A stretch of 64,000 nt of DNA from an uncultured Gemmatimonadales bacterium (GTDB taxonomy: Bacteria > Gemmatimonadota > Gemmatimonadetes > Longimicrobiales > RSA9), in NCBI GenBank assembly GCA_963798845.1, contig CAWCUS010000001.1, forward strand, positions 640,001 to 704,000. Direction: 5' to 3'. The notes below the pieces were generated by a model that saw only the letters and a list, made by a program, of their open reading frames with translations, was not told the DNA's origin and searched no databases. The position numbers were made by a program, and so were the translations under genes. Every line of letters starts with the position of its first letter. Within the stretch, counting starts at the first letter, position 1. Shown in pieces: positions 10,270-19,786 of this stretch.

Positions 10270-10288
10270 TTTGAGAATCGTTCTCAAA
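10270..10288. promoter_or_regulatory. Fur-box-like operator upstream of feoB
   Basis: Perfect inverted repeat TTTGAGAA-TCG-TTCTCAAA about 25 nt upstream of feoB; resembles the Fur 7-1-7 consensus TGATAATnATTATCA. Confidence 0.8.
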
Positions 10289-10475
10289 GTGCGTCCGCGG
10301 CGACCGAGCCACAATCGGGAAAGGCTTGGGCCGGGTTGTGGGGGAAAGCCCGACAGCGGACGCGACGGCCCCCCCGGCGCAGGGCCCGCGGGCGGACTGG
10401 ACCCCCCGCCCGGGGCGCACGCCTGCGTCGTGCGGGGCATGCCGTTGCGCGGCGCGAGCGGGCTCGCCCGCCGTT

Positions 10476-12050
10476 TCACCACCTGTACTCCTGGAAGGAA
10501 CGCATCGGCTGCTCACACTGCGGCCATGTCATCGTCTCGCCGGTGCGGGGGTTGGCGGGCATGAGGGTGCGCCGCTCCCGTCGGATGAAGTCGGGGTCGT
10601 CGGCAGCCATGTAGGCGAGCATGGCGACGAGGATCGCGTTGTCGCGGACATGGTCGAAGGAGAGCTTGTCGAGCGTGTCCAGGTTCGTGTGCCAGGTGTA
10701 GCGGAAGTAGTCCCAGGAGTCGGAGCCGAGGCCGAAGCTGGGTGCGCCGGAGCAGGTGAAGGCGGCGTAGTCGCTCCCGCCGCCGCCGGGGGTGCCCGGG
10801 AAGTCGATGCGGAGGTCGGCGCGGAGCTCGCGCGGCAGGGGCGTGATCCAGCGGACGAAGTGGGGCCCCGCATCGGTGAGCCCCTGCATGCTGACGCGGG
10901 TGATGCGGCCCGTGCCGTTGTCCTGGTTGAATGCGGCCTGGAGCCCGGCCACGATGTCGGGGTGGTCGGCGGCGAAGGCGCGGGAGCCGTTGAGCCCCTG
11001 CTCCTCGCTGGCCCAGTGGCCGACGATGATGGTGCGCCTCGGGCTCGGGTACGCCTTCTTCAGGAGGCGCATGGCCTCGGCCATGATGATGGTCCCGGTG
11101 CCGTTGTCGGTGGCGCCCTGTCCGCCGTCCCAGGAGTCGAGGTGGGCGGAAAGGAGCACGTACTGGTCCGGGTGCTCGGTCCCGGGGATCGTCGCGACGG
11201 TGTTGAAGACCGGGACGGTCCCCAGGTCCTTGGAGCGGGCGTCCACGCGCACGCGCGGTCGCTGCCCGTTCTCCGCCAGCCGGTAGAGCAGGCCGTAGTC
11301 CTCGCAGCCGAGGGAGATGACGGGCATGGCACCGTCGGTGTCACCGAAGATGCGACGGGCGCCGTATCCCTCGGACCAGAGCGACGCGAACGCCCCCGCG
11401 GCCCCGGCGTCCTTCAGCCAGGCGCCGATATGGCGTTCGTTGATCCCCAGCGCCTCCATCCTCGCCCGCCACTGCGAGCGGGCCGTGTCCCTCGCCGCGA
11501 CGAACGCGTCGTAGCCGTCCGGGTCGGCGAAGCCCTGCCACTCGCCCAGCGGCCGGCAGGTGGGCTCCGGCAGCGACGCCAGCACCCACTTCCCCTTCGC
11601 CTGCTTCTTCCACGCCGCCACTGCCGCCGGGTCAGCCGACGCCGGCAGCGCGATCACGTCCCCCTCCACCGGCTTCGCCGTCCCGCGGCTCCACGCCAGC
11701 ATGGTGGCGTCGAGCGTGCGGACCCACGGCGCGACGAGGTCCACGTGCGTGATCCCCCGCTCCCACCCCTTCCACGTCCCGTACTGCTCGTTTTCGGCCT
11801 GGATCCCCCACTGTCGGTAGAGACCCACCAGCCAGTCGTTCGCCGCCGCGAGCTGCGGCGACCCGGTGAGGCGAGGGCCGATGGAGTCGAGGAGCGCCTG
11901 CGCGAGCGGGTAGACCTGCGAATGCTCCCGTCCCTCCTGCCAGATGGCCCGGAGCACGGGATCCTCGTTCGGGAGATCCTGCGCCCGCACGGGTGCGGCG
12001 ATCAGGGGCAGCGCCAGCAGCGCCGGCGCACAACGCTTCAGCAGCGACAC
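10476..12050 (-). CDS. Secreted M28 family metallopeptidase (carboxypeptidase Q-like)
   Basis: Signal peptide ending VRA-Q; SAHLDSWD, GATDNGTG, SEEQGL, NQD, WHTNLD. GTG 12050 has a CAGGAG SD. Confidence 0.88.
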   Translation of the reverse strand: MSLLKRCAPALLALPLIAAPVRAQDLPNEDPVLRAIWQEGREHSQVYPLAQALLDSIGPRLTGSPQLAAANDWLVGLYRQWGIQAENEQYGTWKGWERGITHVDLVAPWVRTLDATMLAWSRGTAKPVEGDVIALPASADPAAVAAWKKQAKGKWVLASLPEPTCRPLGEWQGFADPDGYDAFVAARDTARSQWRARMEALGINERHIGAWLKDAGAAGAFASLWSEGYGARRIFGDTDGAMPVISLGCEDYGLLYRLAENGQRPRVRVDARSKDLGTVPVFNTVATIPGTEHPDQYVLLSAHLDSWDGGQGATDNGTGTIIMAEAMRLLKKAYPSPRRTIIVGHWASEEQGLNGSRAFAADHPDIVAGLQAAFNQDNGTGRITRVSMQGLTDAGPHFVRWITPLPRELRADLRIDFPGTPGGGGSDYAAFTCSGAPSFGLGSDSWDYFRYTWHTNLDTLDKLSFDHVRDNAILVAMLAYMAADDPDFIRRERRTLMPANPRTGETMTWPQCEQPMRSFQEYRW

Positions 12051-12222
12051 GTGAGTCTCCTGTTGGGGTCGGTCGGAGGTCTTATCGTGCGACGGAACAT
12101 CGCCGCGGTGCAATCGGGGAAGCCTCGCATCGCGGGAGGGGAAAACTCCGACCGATCGACGCGGGCCGGCGCGCCGCTGGACGCCGGGGGGCTGACGCCC
12201 GGCGCGTGCCCGAACGCCGCGC

Positions 12223-13020
12223 CTACCGGCCGCCGCTCACCCGCACCACCTCGCCTGTGATCCAGCCAGCGAAGTCGGATGCCAGAAACAGCACGGCGTT
12301 CGCGACATCCGCGGGGGTGCCGAGGCGGCGCAGCGGGATTCCCTCGACGAGGCGGCGCTGCCCCTCGTCGCCGTAGGACTCCCATTGCCTCTCGGTGGTG
12401 GGGTTGGATCGCACGAAGCCCGGAGCGACGTTGTTCACCGTGATGCCGAAGGGGCCGAGCTCGTGGGCGAGCTGGCGCGTGAGTCCGATCTGCGCGGCCT
12501 TTGCGGCCGCGTAGCCCTGGATCCCTGTCAGGCTGACGCCGAGCCCCGCGCCGCTCGAGATGTTGACGATGCGGCCGGCGCCCGCGCGCTTCATCCCCGG
12601 GACCACCGCCTGCGAGCAGAGGAACGCGCCGGTGACGTTGACGGCGAAGAGCGCCTGCCAGTCCTCGAGCGGGACCTCCTCGATCGGGAGCCCCACCTGG
12701 CCCAGCACCCCGCCCGCGTTGTTGACCAGGATGTCGACGTGCCCGCCCATTTCCGCATCCACGTCGCCGGCGGTACCGGCCGCTCCGGCCGCTTCCGCCT
12801 CGCCGACGAAGCGCCGCACCTGGTCGGCGCGGCTCACGTCCACCACGCGCACCCGCGCGGTGCCGCCGCACAGCCGGCGCGTCTCCTCGAGCTCGTCGAC
12901 CAGGACGTCGCACGCCCAGACTGCGGCCCCGAGCTCGGCGAAGCGGCGGGCGATCTCGCGGCCGAAGCCGTGGGCCGCCCCCGTCACCATGACGGTCTTG
13001 CCGTCGAAGCGGATGTTCAC
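12223..13020 (-). CDS. SDR family NAD(P)-dependent oxidoreductase
   Basis: TGAAHGFG, NNAG, YAAAK, VNNVAPG; start overlaps the upstream stop. Confidence 0.92.
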   Translation of the reverse strand: MNIRFDGKTVMVTGAAHGFGREIARRFAELGAAVWACDVLVDELEETRRLCGGTARVRVVDVSRADQVRRFVGEAEAAGAAGTAGDVDAEMGGHVDILVNNAGGVLGQVGLPIEEVPLEDWQALFAVNVTGAFLCSQAVVPGMKRAGAGRIVNISSGAGLGVSLTGIQGYAAAKAAQIGLTRQLAHELGPFGITVNNVAPGFVRSNPTTERQWESYGDEGQRRLVEGIPLRRLGTPADVANAVLFLASDFAGWITGEVVRVSGGR

Positions 13021-14124
13021 GACGCCTCTTCTCCGGGAGGCCGGTGCGGACCCCCGGCGCTCGCGGCGCCCCCGGCGGAGGTCTGCTTCCCCGCCGCGCG
13101 CAGGGCCGCGAGGTTCTCCGGGGTGAGGTCGCGGCTTCCTTCTTCGATCTCGTGGATCATGGTGACCAGCGCCGCGTTCAGTGGGGTGGGGACGTCGTGG
13201 GCGCGACCGTGGCCGACCACGGCACCGAGCTGCGCGTCCACTTCGGTGCGCCGCTTCCGCACCGCCAGGTCGCGCCAGATGCCGCTGTGCTTCTTGGCCG
13301 AGCGGCGGTTGTGCGCGACGAGGCCGTCCAGCGATCGCGTCGCCTGCTCCGGCCCGGCGTCGGGCCCGAACGCCGACGGGTCGAAGCCGTCAAACGGCTC
13401 CGGCCGCACGTTGGCCGCGCGCGCCACCGCCATGACCTCGCGCGCGAGGTCGGCGTAGACGTCCCGGTGGGCGGGGCGGGCGAGGGCGTCGGCGATGGGG
13501 TCCCCCGTGGCGGCCGTGGCGAAGAGCATGGCCGCGTACGCCAGCTTCGCCCACAGGTAGCCCCACACGTTGCCGCTCAGGATCGCCTGGTCGTCGAAGT
13601 CCCGGAACATGCCGTGGACGCGCTCGATCCTCGCCGTGCGGCGCCCGTCCAGCTCCCCCACCACCACTGAGCCGCGGCCGCCGTAGTGGACCACGCCCGG
13701 CTCCATGTAGTCGGCGCCGAAGTTGACGAAGCAGCCAATGGTGCGCTCGGGCCCCACGAACCTCCGCGATCGCTTCTTCGTTCAGCCCGTTCTGCACCGA
13801 GACGATGGCGCCGTCCGGCGCGAGCAGCGGCGCGATCTGGCGCAGCGCGTCCGCCGTGTGGTGCGCCTTCACGCACAGGAGGACGGTGACGAGGGGACCG
13901 CGTGCTTTCGCCACTGCGGCCGCCTCGTCCGGCGTGGCCGCGTCCACGGCCACCCGCAGCGGCGAAACGGGGCCGGTGATCTCCAGCCCGGCCGACCGCA
14001 TGGCCGCCACGTGATCCTCCGCGGCGTCCACCAGCAGCACCTCGTGCCCCGCCCACACCAGGTGCGCGCCGATCGTCCCGCCTATGGCGCCGGCGCCCCA
14101 GATGACCACCGTCGGTTCACTCAT
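13017..14124 (-). pseudogene. Ketopantoate reductase (PanE/ApbA) family gene interrupted by a 1-nt frameshift (pseudogene or sequence error)
   Basis: N half (GAGAIGG, LCVKAH, SVQNGLNE) and C half (LWAKL, SGIWRDL, RTEVD) lie in different frames; they join if one base is removed at GAG GTT C GTG (about 13758-13760). Confidence 0.85.
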
Positions 14125-14180
14125 CCCAGGGTCATGGGCAACAGGTGCAGAAGCGCCTCCATTCCGCGCAATGCCGGGGC

Positions 14181-14882
14181 TCACTCCCACGGCCCTTCCA
14201 GCACGGCCCGCGTCTCGGCCACCGCCACTTCCCACAGCGCCAGCATCTCCGCGTCCGGCCGTTCATAGCGCCCGGCGAAGTTGCCGTCGCCCAGGTACTG
14301 CCGGACCTCGGACGGCGTCATGAGCGACATCCGGGCGTGGTCGATCGGCTCCTTGCCGCCCCCGGGCATGGCCACGCCGTCCAGGCGCGTCCACGGGAAG
14401 TTCTCCATCCACGACGCGTGCGACGCCACCGGGTCGATCTCCCGGACCTTCGCCCATGTCTCCGGCGCGTTCCACCAGTTGTGGACTTTCACGCGCACGC
14501 CCGGGTGCGCCGCCATCCATTCCACCGCCCGGCTCGCCGCCGGCGCGTTCCCCCCGTGCCCGTTCACCACCAGGATGCGACGGAACCCGGCGCCCGCCAG
14601 GCTGTCCAGGATGTCGGTGACCACGGCCAGGTACGTCTCCACCCGCAGCGCGACCGTGCCCGGATAGCCGAGGAAGTAGGGCGAGATGCCGTAGGGCAGC
14701 GCGGGGAACACCGGCACCCCCAGCGGCTCCGCCGCCTCCGCCGCCACCCGCTCGGGGAGGATGGAGTCCACCATGAGGCTGAGATAGCCGTGCTGCTCGG
14801 TGCTCCCGAGCGGCACCACGCACCGGTCGTCGTGCTCCAGGTACGCCTCGACCTGCATCCAGCCGCTATCCCGGATCCGCAT
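14181..14882 (-). CDS. Creatininase family amidohydrolase
   Basis: PLGSTEQHGYLS..D, VNGHGGN, SHASWME; ATG 14882 with GGGGGTG upstream. Confidence 0.9.
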   Translation of the reverse strand: MRIRDSGWMQVEAYLEHDDRCVVPLGSTEQHGYLSLMVDSILPERVAAEAAEPLGVPVFPALPYGISPYFLGYPGTVALRVETYLAVVTDILDSLAGAGFRRILVVNGHGGNAPAASRAVEWMAAHPGVRVKVHNWWNAPETWAKVREIDPVASHASWMENFPWTRLDGVAMPGGGKEPIDHARMSLMTPSEVRQYLGDGNFAGRYERPDAEMLALWEVAVAETRAVLEGPWE

Positions 14883-14905
14883 GTCACCCCCGCGCAGATT
14901 GCCGT

Positions 14906-16387
14906 TCACCCCGATCGCCCGGGCGCCCGTGTGGGCCCGCTGGGCGTGCTCCCCTGTTGAAACGCGTCGTCGGCCAGCTCCCGGTAAAGCCGCACTACGG
15001 TCTCCGCGCCCAGCGCCAGGTGCGCCTCCGGGAACCACTCGTTCGGCGCGTGCATGTTCGCACCCGGTAGCGCGAAGCCCATGATGCATACCGGCGCGTC
15101 CAGCGCGGTGCGAAGGACCGGGGCGATGGGGAGCGTGCCGCCGTGATTGACCAGCACGGGCGGAGTTCCGAACGCCCCCTCCAGGGCCCGGGCGGCCGAC
15201 CGGTAGAGGGGAGCCTCGGGGTCGTCCCGCCACGGCGGGCTGCCCTGCACCGCCCTGACCTCGAAGCGAACGCCCCGGGGGGCCTCGCGCCGTACGTGCG
15301 CACGCAGCAGCTCGCCCACGCGGTTTGGGTCCTGGTCGGGGACCAGGCGCGCGCTCAACTTCGCCAGCGCCCGCGACGGCAGCACCGTCTTCTTCCCCGG
15401 ACCCGTGTAACCGCTCACCAGACCATTCACGTCCAGCGTCGGGCGGATCCACAGCCGCTCGATGGTGGTGTACCCCGGCTCTCCGGCCAGCGCCGCACTG
15501 CCTGCTCCGGCACGGAACGCTTCCTCGTCGAAGCGGAGCCTCGCCCAACCCTCGCGCAGGTCGGCCGGAGCTTCTGCCACATCGTCGTAGAACCCCTCGA
15601 TGGCGATGCGGCCGTTCGAGTGCATCGACGCGATCACCGCAGCCAGCGCGTTCGCCGGGTTCGGCACCGCTCCGCCGTACTGGCCGGAGTGGAGGTCGGT
15701 GGAGCCGATGGTCGCCTCGACCTCGAAGTACGCGATCCCCCGCGTCCCGAAGATCAGCGACGGCCACCCGGGCGCGAACATCATGGAGTCGGCGATGACG
15801 ACGTGGTCCGTCGAGAGCTCCGCCGCGCGCTCGAGGACGAAGCGCACCAGCCCCGGCGACCCGATCTCTTCCTCGCCTTCGAACAACAGCACCAGGTTGA
15901 CCGGCAGCTCGCCCGTGGCCAGCGCCGCTTCCGCCGCGATCACCTGGAGAAGAACCTGCGACTTGTCGTCGGCTGCGCCCCTTGCCCAGATGCGGCCGCC
16001 CCTCACTTCCGGCTCGAATGGCGCCGACGTCCAGGCCGCCAGCGGATCCGGGGGCTGCACGTCGTAGTGGCCGTAGACCAGGAGCGTCGGCGCGTCGTCG
16101 CCCGCGTGGTGGCGCCCCACCACCACCGGGTGCCCGGCGACATCGTTCCCGCCTCCATCGCCGCCGCCGCCGCCCGAGCGCACCGCCGGACTGCGGACGG
16201 TCTCCTCCACAGTCGCTGCAAGCCCGGCCCGGCGCACGCGGTCCGCCAGCCACCCTGCTGCGCGCCGCACATCTCCATCGTGCTCCCGCGCGGTGCTGAC
16301 GCTGGGGATGCGGAGAAAATCGAAGAGCTCCGAGCGGAAACGGTCCTGCTCGCGCCGGATGTATGCGATCGTGGTGTCGATGCTCAT
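14906..16387 (-). CDS. M20 family dipeptidase
   Basis: YGHYDVQP, RGAADDK, EGEEE, DLHSG, HAPNE. Confidence 0.92.
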   Translation of the reverse strand: MSIDTTIAYIRREQDRFRSELFDFLRIPSVSTAREHDGDVRRAAGWLADRVRRAGLAATVEETVRSPAVRSGGGGGDGGGNDVAGHPVVVGRHHAGDDAPTLLVYGHYDVQPPDPLAAWTSAPFEPEVRGGRIWARGAADDKSQVLLQVIAAEAALATGELPVNLVLLFEGEEEIGSPGLVRFVLERAAELSTDHVVIADSMMFAPGWPSLIFGTRGIAYFEVEATIGSTDLHSGQYGGAVPNPANALAAVIASMHSNGRIAIEGFYDDVAEAPADLREGWARLRFDEEAFRAGAGSAALAGEPGYTTIERLWIRPTLDVNGLVSGYTGPGKKTVLPSRALAKLSARLVPDQDPNRVGELLRAHVRREAPRGVRFEVRAVQGSPPWRDDPEAPLYRSAARALEGAFGTPPVLVNHGGTLPIAPVLRTALDAPVCIMGFALPGANMHAPNEWFPEAHLALGAETVVRLYRELADDAFQQGSTPSGPTRAPGRSG

Positions 16388-16498
16388 GCGGCTCCCGGAT
16401 GTACTTCCAAAGCGCGCTGACACGACGCGGTCAGGAAGCGCTCCGAGGGCGCAAGGTCGGAATGCGCGCGGTCGCCGGCAAGCGGTTACCTTTTGAGC

Positions 16499-17107
16499 AT
16501 GCTTCCCGCCCGAGCCCCCCTGACCACACCGCCGGCGCCGTCGGCCGCGCGCCTGACGTCGGGGCTCGCGCTCGCCGCCCTTCTGCTATCGGCCGCGCCT
16601 GGCTCCCTCGCTGCCCAGGATGAGGGGCTCGCTCCAGGCGACGTCCCCGGCGCGGCCGTGGTCCAGACCCTGGATGGCGACGCCGTGCCACTGTCCTCTC
16701 TCACGGACGGGCGTCCCGCGCTCGTGGAGTTCTGGGCGACGTGGTGCCCCATCTGTCGCGCGCTCCAGCCGCGCATGGACGCCGCGCACGCCAGGTTCGG
16801 CGACCGTGTCGCCTTCGTGGTGGTGGCCGTCGGCGTCGCCCAGACGCGCGACCAGGTCCGCGCGTTCGTCCAGCGGCGACCGCTGCCCGGCACCGTGGTG
16901 TGGGATGGCGCCGGCGAGGCAGTCCGGGCGTTCGAGGCGCCCGGGACCGGCTACATCGCCATCCTCGCGCTGGACGGCCGCGTCGCCTACGCCGGCACCG
17001 GCGCGGACCAGGACCTGAGCGCGGCCCTGGATGCTGCGCTGGCCGAGCGTGCTCCCGGGTCGGCACCGTCGGCGGGCGGAGCCGTGTCCGCCGCAACCTG
17101 CCGCTGA
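16499..17107 (+). CDS. TlpA-like exported thioredoxin/disulfide reductase
   Basis: Signal peptide; VEFWATWCPIC motif. Confidence 0.85.
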   Translation: MLPARAPLTTPPAPSAARLTSGLALAALLLSAAPGSLAAQDEGLAPGDVPGAAVVQTLDGDAVPLSSLTDGRPALVEFWATWCPICRALQPRMDAAHARFGDRVAFVVVAVGVAQTRDQVRAFVQRRPLPGTVVWDGAGEAVRAFEAPGTGYIAILALDGRVAYAGTGADQDLSAALDAALAERAPGSAPSAGGAVSAATCR

Positions 17108-17111
17108 CCGC

Positions 17112-17705
17112 CTACTGCGGCGGCGCGGCGATCCGGTCGACCGCCTCTCCCAGCGCGGTGTACGCCGCCGGATCGATCTCCCGGAACGGCGCCGACACGT
17201 AGGCGATCTTCCCGTCCGGACCGATCACGAACACGTCGCGTGCGCTTACGTGTGTCCCGGGGCGGTCGAAGACGGCCCCGAACTCGGCCGCGGCGACGAG
17301 GCCCGTGTCGCTGGCCATGAGGAACGGGAACTCGTCGTCCCGGGCCCATGCCGCCAGCGTGTCGACGGGGTCGACGCTGATGGCCATGAGGACCACGTTC
17401 CGGCCACCGTTGAAGAGCTGCGCGTACTGATCACGGTACGCGTGCATTTGCACAGTTCAGCCCTTGCTCCTGGCCCTGAAGAAGAAGGCCAGGACCACCG
17501 TCTTGCCGGCGTAGTCGCTCAGCGACACGGGCTCGGCCAGGACGCCATAGCGGCTCGCGCCGGGAAGGCTGAAGTCGGGGGCGGCGTCGCCTGCTTCGAG
17601 CGGCGTGGTGCCCTGGGCGGCGGCCGGGGTCGGTGTCGTGGCCGCGGTGATGCCCAGCGCCGCTGCGAAGGCGAAACCGAAGGCGCTGGCGTGGGGTCGT
17701 CGCAT
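17112..17705 (-). CDS. Exported peroxiredoxin-like (AhpC/TSA, BCP-like) selenoprotein with Sec at TGA 17459-17457
   Basis: Track ORFs 17457..17936 and 17112..17453 are in the same frame, separated only by TGA-ACT. Read-through gives APDFSL...VVLAFFFRARSKG-U-TVQMHAYRD...AISVD...RDVFVIGPDGKI. ATG 17705 has an AGGAG SD. Confidence 0.85.
17421..17442 (-). promoter_or_regulatory. Bacterial SECIS-like hairpin
   Basis: CGCGUAC-CGUGAUCA-GUACGCG: 7-bp stem starting 14 nt after the UGA, with GU in the loop. Confidence 0.65.
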
Positions 17706-17799
17706 GAGGTGTCTCCTGTGGCGGTACGGAGACAACGTACGGGGCACGCCGCGGCTGCGCACGACGGCGGCGACCGACGGCGGCGACCGACGCCTGCCG

Positions 17800-18432
17800 C
17801 TAGCCATCCCCCGTCGCCGGGCGCTCCACGAGGGCCCGGCCGGCGGTGGCCTCGGCCACGGCACGCGCGAACGCGTCGATGCTGTCTGCCGGGACCGCGA
17901 CATCCAGGCGCACGTCCACGCCGAACTCCTCGGCATCCACCTCGCCGTCCATCTCCTCGATGACGCGTCGGACCGCGTCGAGGCCGCCGTACTCGACCAC
18001 CACGACGAGCGGCGTGCGCGCCACCCTTTCCATCCGGGCCAGGCCCTCCAGGGCGAGCTGGACCCCCCCGGAGTACGCCCGCTGGAGCCCGCCCGTCCCC
18101 AGCTTCACCCCGCCGTAGTAGCGGGTGACCACGGCCACGATCTCGCCCACGCCGGAGTGCAGCAGCGCTTCCAGCATCGGGCGACCCGCGGTGCCGTGCG
18201 GCTCCCCGGCGTCGCTCATGCCGATGTCCGCCGTGGTGCCCGGCGGCCCGGCGACCCACGCCCAGCAGTTGTGGGTGGCATCGGCGAACTCGGCGCGCAT
18301 CGCGCCGATGAACGCGCGGGCGGCGTCGCCATCCTCCGCGCGCGACACGGTGGTGATGAACCGGCTGCGCCGGATGGTCTGCTCCACCCGGTGCCGACCG
18401 GCGGGCACGGGATAGCGCGTCGCTTCGCTCAC
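17800..18432 (-). CDS. yigZ: YigZ/IMPACT family protein
   Basis: RSRFI, ATHNCWAW, SDAGEPHGTAG, VTRYYGGVKLGTGGL..AY. Confidence 0.92.
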   Translation of the reverse strand: MSEATRYPVPAGRHRVEQTIRRSRFITTVSRAEDGDAARAFIGAMRAEFADATHNCWAWVAGPPGTTADIGMSDAGEPHGTAGRPMLEALLHSGVGEIVAVVTRYYGGVKLGTGGLQRAYSGGVQLALEGLARMERVARTPLVVVVEYGGLDAVRRVIEEMDGEVDAEEFGVDVRLDVAVPADSIDAFARAVAEATAGRALVERPATGDG

Positions 18433-18493
18433 GTCCTCGTGGTCCTGGCCGTGCTCTCCGGCGCGCCCGTCGGCCGCCGGAGCGCCGCGTCCG

Positions 18494-19468
18494 CTATTCG
18501 ATCCCCTCCGGCGTCGCGCCGCCGATCTCGATCCGGTCCTCGGTGAGCTCGTCGATGTCCGCGAGCTCGTCCTCCGTCAGCTGGAGGTCGCCGGCGTAGG
18601 CGGTGCCCTCGATCTGCTCCGGCGTGCGCGCCCCGACGATGGCCACGTCCACGGCGGGGTGGGCGAGGACCCAGGCGATGGCCATCTGGGCGACAGTGAT
18701 CTCGCGCTCGTCCGCGTACTCCTTCAGCCGCTCCACGATGCCCAGGTTGTGTGCGAACACCTCGCCCGTGAACGCCGAGCTTTCGCTCCGCCAGTCGTCG
18801 TCGGGGAAGGTCGTGTCCTCGTCGTATTTCCCTCCCAGGAGACCATGGGCGAGGGGGCCGTAGACGAGCGTGCCGACACCGTGCGCCTCGCAGTAGGGGA
18901 GGATGTGCTTCTCGATGTCGCGGCGGAACAGGTGGTATGGCGGCTGGAGCGTGTCCAGGTCGTGGAAGCGCTCGAACGCAAGCATCTGCTTGGCGCTGAA
19001 GTTGGACACGCCCACGTACCTCGCCTTCCCCTCGGCGACGAGCTCCGCCAGCGCGTCCGCGGTCTCCTCCGGCGCCGTGTCCTCGTCCGGCCAGTGGACC
19101 TGGTAGAGGTCGACGTATTCCGTCCCCAGGTGGCGCAGGCTCTCCTCGATCCCCTGCCGCAGCCAGTCCCGCCCCGCATCTCGCACCACGCCGGGGCCCG
19201 GTCGCAGCCCGCCCTTCGTCGCGATCACCACCTCCTCGCGACGGTTCCGGATCTCCGGCCGGAGCGCGTCCGCCAGCACCGACTCCGACTTCCCGAAGCC
19301 GTACGCCTGCGCCGTGTCGAAGAAGTTGATCCCCAGGTCGAGCGCCCGCCGGACCGCCGCCTTCGCGTCGTCCATGTCCAGGGCGCCCCACTCGCCGCCC
19401 AGCTGCCACGTGCCGAAGCAGATCCGCGACACCTCCAGCTCCGTCTCACCCAGCCGGGTGTATTCCAT
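18494..19468 (-). CDS. Aldo/keto reductase
   Basis: GINFFDTAQAYG, IATKGG, DLYQVHWPD, GVSNF; ATG 19468 has a GGAGG SD. Confidence 0.93.
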   Translation of the reverse strand: MEYTRLGETELEVSRICFGTWQLGGEWGALDMDDAKAAVRRALDLGINFFDTAQAYGFGKSESVLADALRPEIRNRREEVVIATKGGLRPGPGVVRDAGRDWLRQGIEESLRHLGTEYVDLYQVHWPDEDTAPEETADALAELVAEGKARYVGVSNFSAKQMLAFERFHDLDTLQPPYHLFRRDIEKHILPYCEAHGVGTLVYGPLAHGLLGGKYDEDTTFPDDDWRSESSAFTGEVFAHNLGIVERLKEYADEREITVAQMAIAWVLAHPAVDVAIVGARTPEQIEGTAYAGDLQLTEDELADIDELTEDRIEIGGATPEGIE

Positions 19469-19786
19469 CACATCCTCCCTTTCCGTTTCCGGGACCCGGA
19501 ATCCGGTGAACCATCGAGCCGTCAAGCCGCTGCGCCGTGACCGCCTTCCCGCCTTCCCGCCTCTCTCGCCTCCCCGCCTCCGCGCCGCCGGCCCACGCAC
19601 GCGCTGGACTGCGCCGGAGAGTGGGCTGGCGGGTCGGGCCGGGCGTTCACGGTGCGCCGCCATGATCCTGCGTCGCGCGGGGGCTTTCCACAACCGGCAC
19701 CGCAGCGGACCTGCGCCCCGTGCGCTGGCGGCGGGCGCGGCCGTAGATTCCGCCCCGACCTGACCCTGCACCCCAGGAGCGCCCCG

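Noticed and set aside
13750..13770. Programmed ribosomal frameshift in the PanE-like gene
   Set aside because: No slippery run or stimulatory element, and I know no precedent in this family.
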